Origin: Candidatus Bipolaricaulota bacterium
GTDB taxonomy: Bacteria > Bipolaricaulota > Bipolaricaulia > RBG-16-55-9 > DRXL01
Assembly (NCBI GenBank): GCA_026414955.1
Contig: JAOAIA010000001.1
Location: forward strand, 1 to 44,257
DNA: 44,257 bases
Reading direction: 5' to 3'
Shown: one piece after another, positions 43,012 through 44,257 of the stretch
Position numbering within the stretch: the first letter of the stretch is position 1
Layout: every line of letters begins with the position of its first letter
Translations under genes and position numbers: made by a program
Notes under the pieces: generated by a model
What the model saw: the letters and a program-made list of their open reading frames with translations, nothing else
The model's database searches: none
What the model was told of the DNA's origin: nothing

Positions 43012-43242
43012 ATGAACAAGTGGATCTATGTGCAGACGCTCAGCGGGCTCAGCTTCGCGATGGTCTGTATCCCGTTCGGCTTGACGGTGGCCCAGCTCAA
43101 GCTCTTGTTGGGGATTGATCCGCGCAGTCTGGTCACCCTGCAGTCGGGATTCCAGCCCCTCGCGGAGAACGAATCGCTCTACGAAAAAGTCCTGAACTAC
43201 GACACGGTCTATATCGCGTCGTATCGTCGCGTAGGCTATTGA
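43012..43242 (+). CDS. 76-aa ubiquitin-like (beta-grasp) small protein
   Basis: AAGGAG, 5 nt, then the ATG. The product is MNKWIYVQTLSGLSFAMVCIPFGLTVAQLKLLLGIDPRSLVTLQSGFQPLAENESLYEKVLNYDTVYIASYRRVGY. It aligns by eye over its full length with ubiquitin (see findings). Confidence 0.55.
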   Translation: MNKWIYVQTLSGLSFAMVCIPFGLTVAQLKLLLGIDPRSLVTLQSGFQPLAENESLYEKVLNYDTVYIASYRRVGY

Positions 43243-43264
43243 TGCCCACTCCCTCTCGCCCAAC

Positions 43265-43293
43265 GCGGGGGCTTCTCCTGCAGAAGCTCCCGC
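43265..43293 (+). repeat. 12-bp-arm palindrome, possible terminator or REP-like unit
   Basis: GCGGGGGCTTCT-cctgc-AGAAGCTCCCGC has one mismatch. It lies 23 nt after the stop of the small ORF, and a pyrimidine-rich tract follows. Confidence 0.5.
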
Positions 43294-43377
43294 TCCCTCC
43301 CTTCCTTGCTTATACTCTTGTCTTGTTTTAGCACCTCCCAATTGCTATGATCAATCTCAGAAAGTCAAGGTGATCTC

Positions 43378-43752
43378 ATGGCTCGGCGCGACGGACTCTT
43401 GATGCGCTTTGTGATTCGCTGGGTCGTCTCGACCGCCGCAGTCGCTGTCGTGACCTGGCTGCTCAATCCCCATATTCGCATCGAAGGCGCAGACTACCTC
43501 AGCGCGGTCATTCTCGTCGGCTTGGTGCTGGGGTTGCTCAATGCGCTCTTACGCCCGATTGTGATATTTCTTACGCTGCCCGCGACTCTGATCACGTTCG
43601 GACTTTTCTTAATTGTCATCAACGCGGGGATGCTCTGGCTCACAGATTTAATTGTGCCCGCGTTGGTCATTGAGAGCTTCGGCTGGGCGCTGCTGGGTGC
43701 GCTGCTCATCAGCATCGTGAGCATGATCTTGTACGCGATTCTCAAAAGTTAA
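43378..43752 (+). CDS. DUF360 / phage-holin-4-like membrane protein
   Basis: LLNALLRPIVIFLTLPATLITFGLFLIVINAGMLWL is the pattern I associate with the PF04020 family. AAGGTGA precedes the ATG. Confidence 0.65.
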   Translation: MARRDGLLMRFVIRWVVSTAAVAVVTWLLNPHIRIEGADYLSAVILVGLVLGLLNALLRPIVIFLTLPATLITFGLFLIVINAGMLWLTDLIVPALVIESFGWALLGALLISIVSMILYAILKS

Positions 43753-43776
43753 AACTCTGAAGGAGGGATCGAGGCT

Positions 43777-44211
43777 ATGGCGCTTGCAGAAGGGACTCTT
43801 GCTCCAAGGATCGAAACAGTAGATCAAAACAACAAAAGAGTGGCCCTCGACTTTCGCGGCGTGACGGTGCTCTACTTCTACCCCAAGGACGACACCCCCG
43901 GCTGCACCACGGAAGCGTGCTCTTTTCGAGACGATCTGAGCGAGTTTGTGCGACGCGGGGTCAAAGTTTATGGTGTGAGCACCGATGACGCCGAGTCGCA
44001 CAAGAAATTTGCGCAAAAATTCGGGCTGAATTTTGCGCTCTTGGCAGACCCAGAGAAGAAGATCTCTCAGGCGTACGGGGTCTTGAGCGAGCGGGGCTAC
44101 GCGCAGCGCGTGACGTTCATCATCAAAGACGGCGTGATCGTGCGCGTCTTTCCCAAAGTTTCTCCTGATGGACATAGCCGCGAGGTGTTGCAGGCGCTAG
44201 AAACAATATGA
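43777..44211 (+). CDS. bcp: thiol peroxidase Bcp (peroxiredoxin)
   Basis: VLYFYPKDDTPGCTTEACSFRD contains the peroxidatic Cys motif. VYGVSTDDAESHKKFAQKFGLNFALLAD is also present. Confidence 0.9.
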   Translation: MALAEGTLAPRIETVDQNNKRVALDFRGVTVLYFYPKDDTPGCTTEACSFRDDLSEFVRRGVKVYGVSTDDAESHKKFAQKFGLNFALLADPEKKISQAYGVLSERGYAQRVTFIIKDGVIVRVFPKVSPDGHSREVLQALETI

Positions 44212-44257
44212 GAGCGAGAGTGCTCTTTACCGAAGGTATCAAGCTGAGGGATTGAAT

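Overview
This is a visibly GC-rich, gene-dense bacterial chromosomal segment. I call 41 intact protein genes, 3 toxin pseudogenes and 4 tRNA genes. I see no rRNA, CRISPR array, transposase or integrase. Housekeeping content includes aspS, carAB, a prpE-like acyl-CoA synthetase, an aldehyde dehydrogenase, a DsbA-VKOR pair, Bcp, HIT, DinB and DoxX. The accessory or poorly understood content is as follows. (i) There are two different MoxR AAA+/DUF58 operons: a 5-gene minus-strand one (8767-13111) and a 10-kb, 7-gene plus-strand one with BatA-N/VWA membrane proteins (29184-39383). (ii) A TetR-controlled MMPL/RND exporter plus LolA-like operon carries a perfect 28-bp palindromic operator. (iii) mazEF is translationally coupled to a double-GNAT gene and a C45 Ntn-hydrolase gene. 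(iv) A small islet between carA and rtcA holds three toxin-antitoxin modules whose toxins are all inactivated, and one cassette is bracketed by a duplicated rtcA 3' end. (v) rtcA lies divergent from an archaeal-type FAU-1-like gene (RNase E/G-like plus DUF402). (vi) A tRNA-Asn(GUU) gene is split by a 252-nt ORF-less group I intron. (vii) A 76-aa ORF aligns by eye with ubiquitin. (viii) At least nine GC-rich palindromic elements of several families are present; five lie in-frame inside CDSs and two more supply a C-terminus or stop codon, which resembles the behaviour of Rickettsia palindromic elements. Several near-consensus sigma70 promoters, operators and attenuator-like terminators are readable. 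The taxon cannot be proven from the window; the content is compatible with a Chloroflexota-like or terrabacterial genome. All homology statements come from motif recognition by eye, not from searches.
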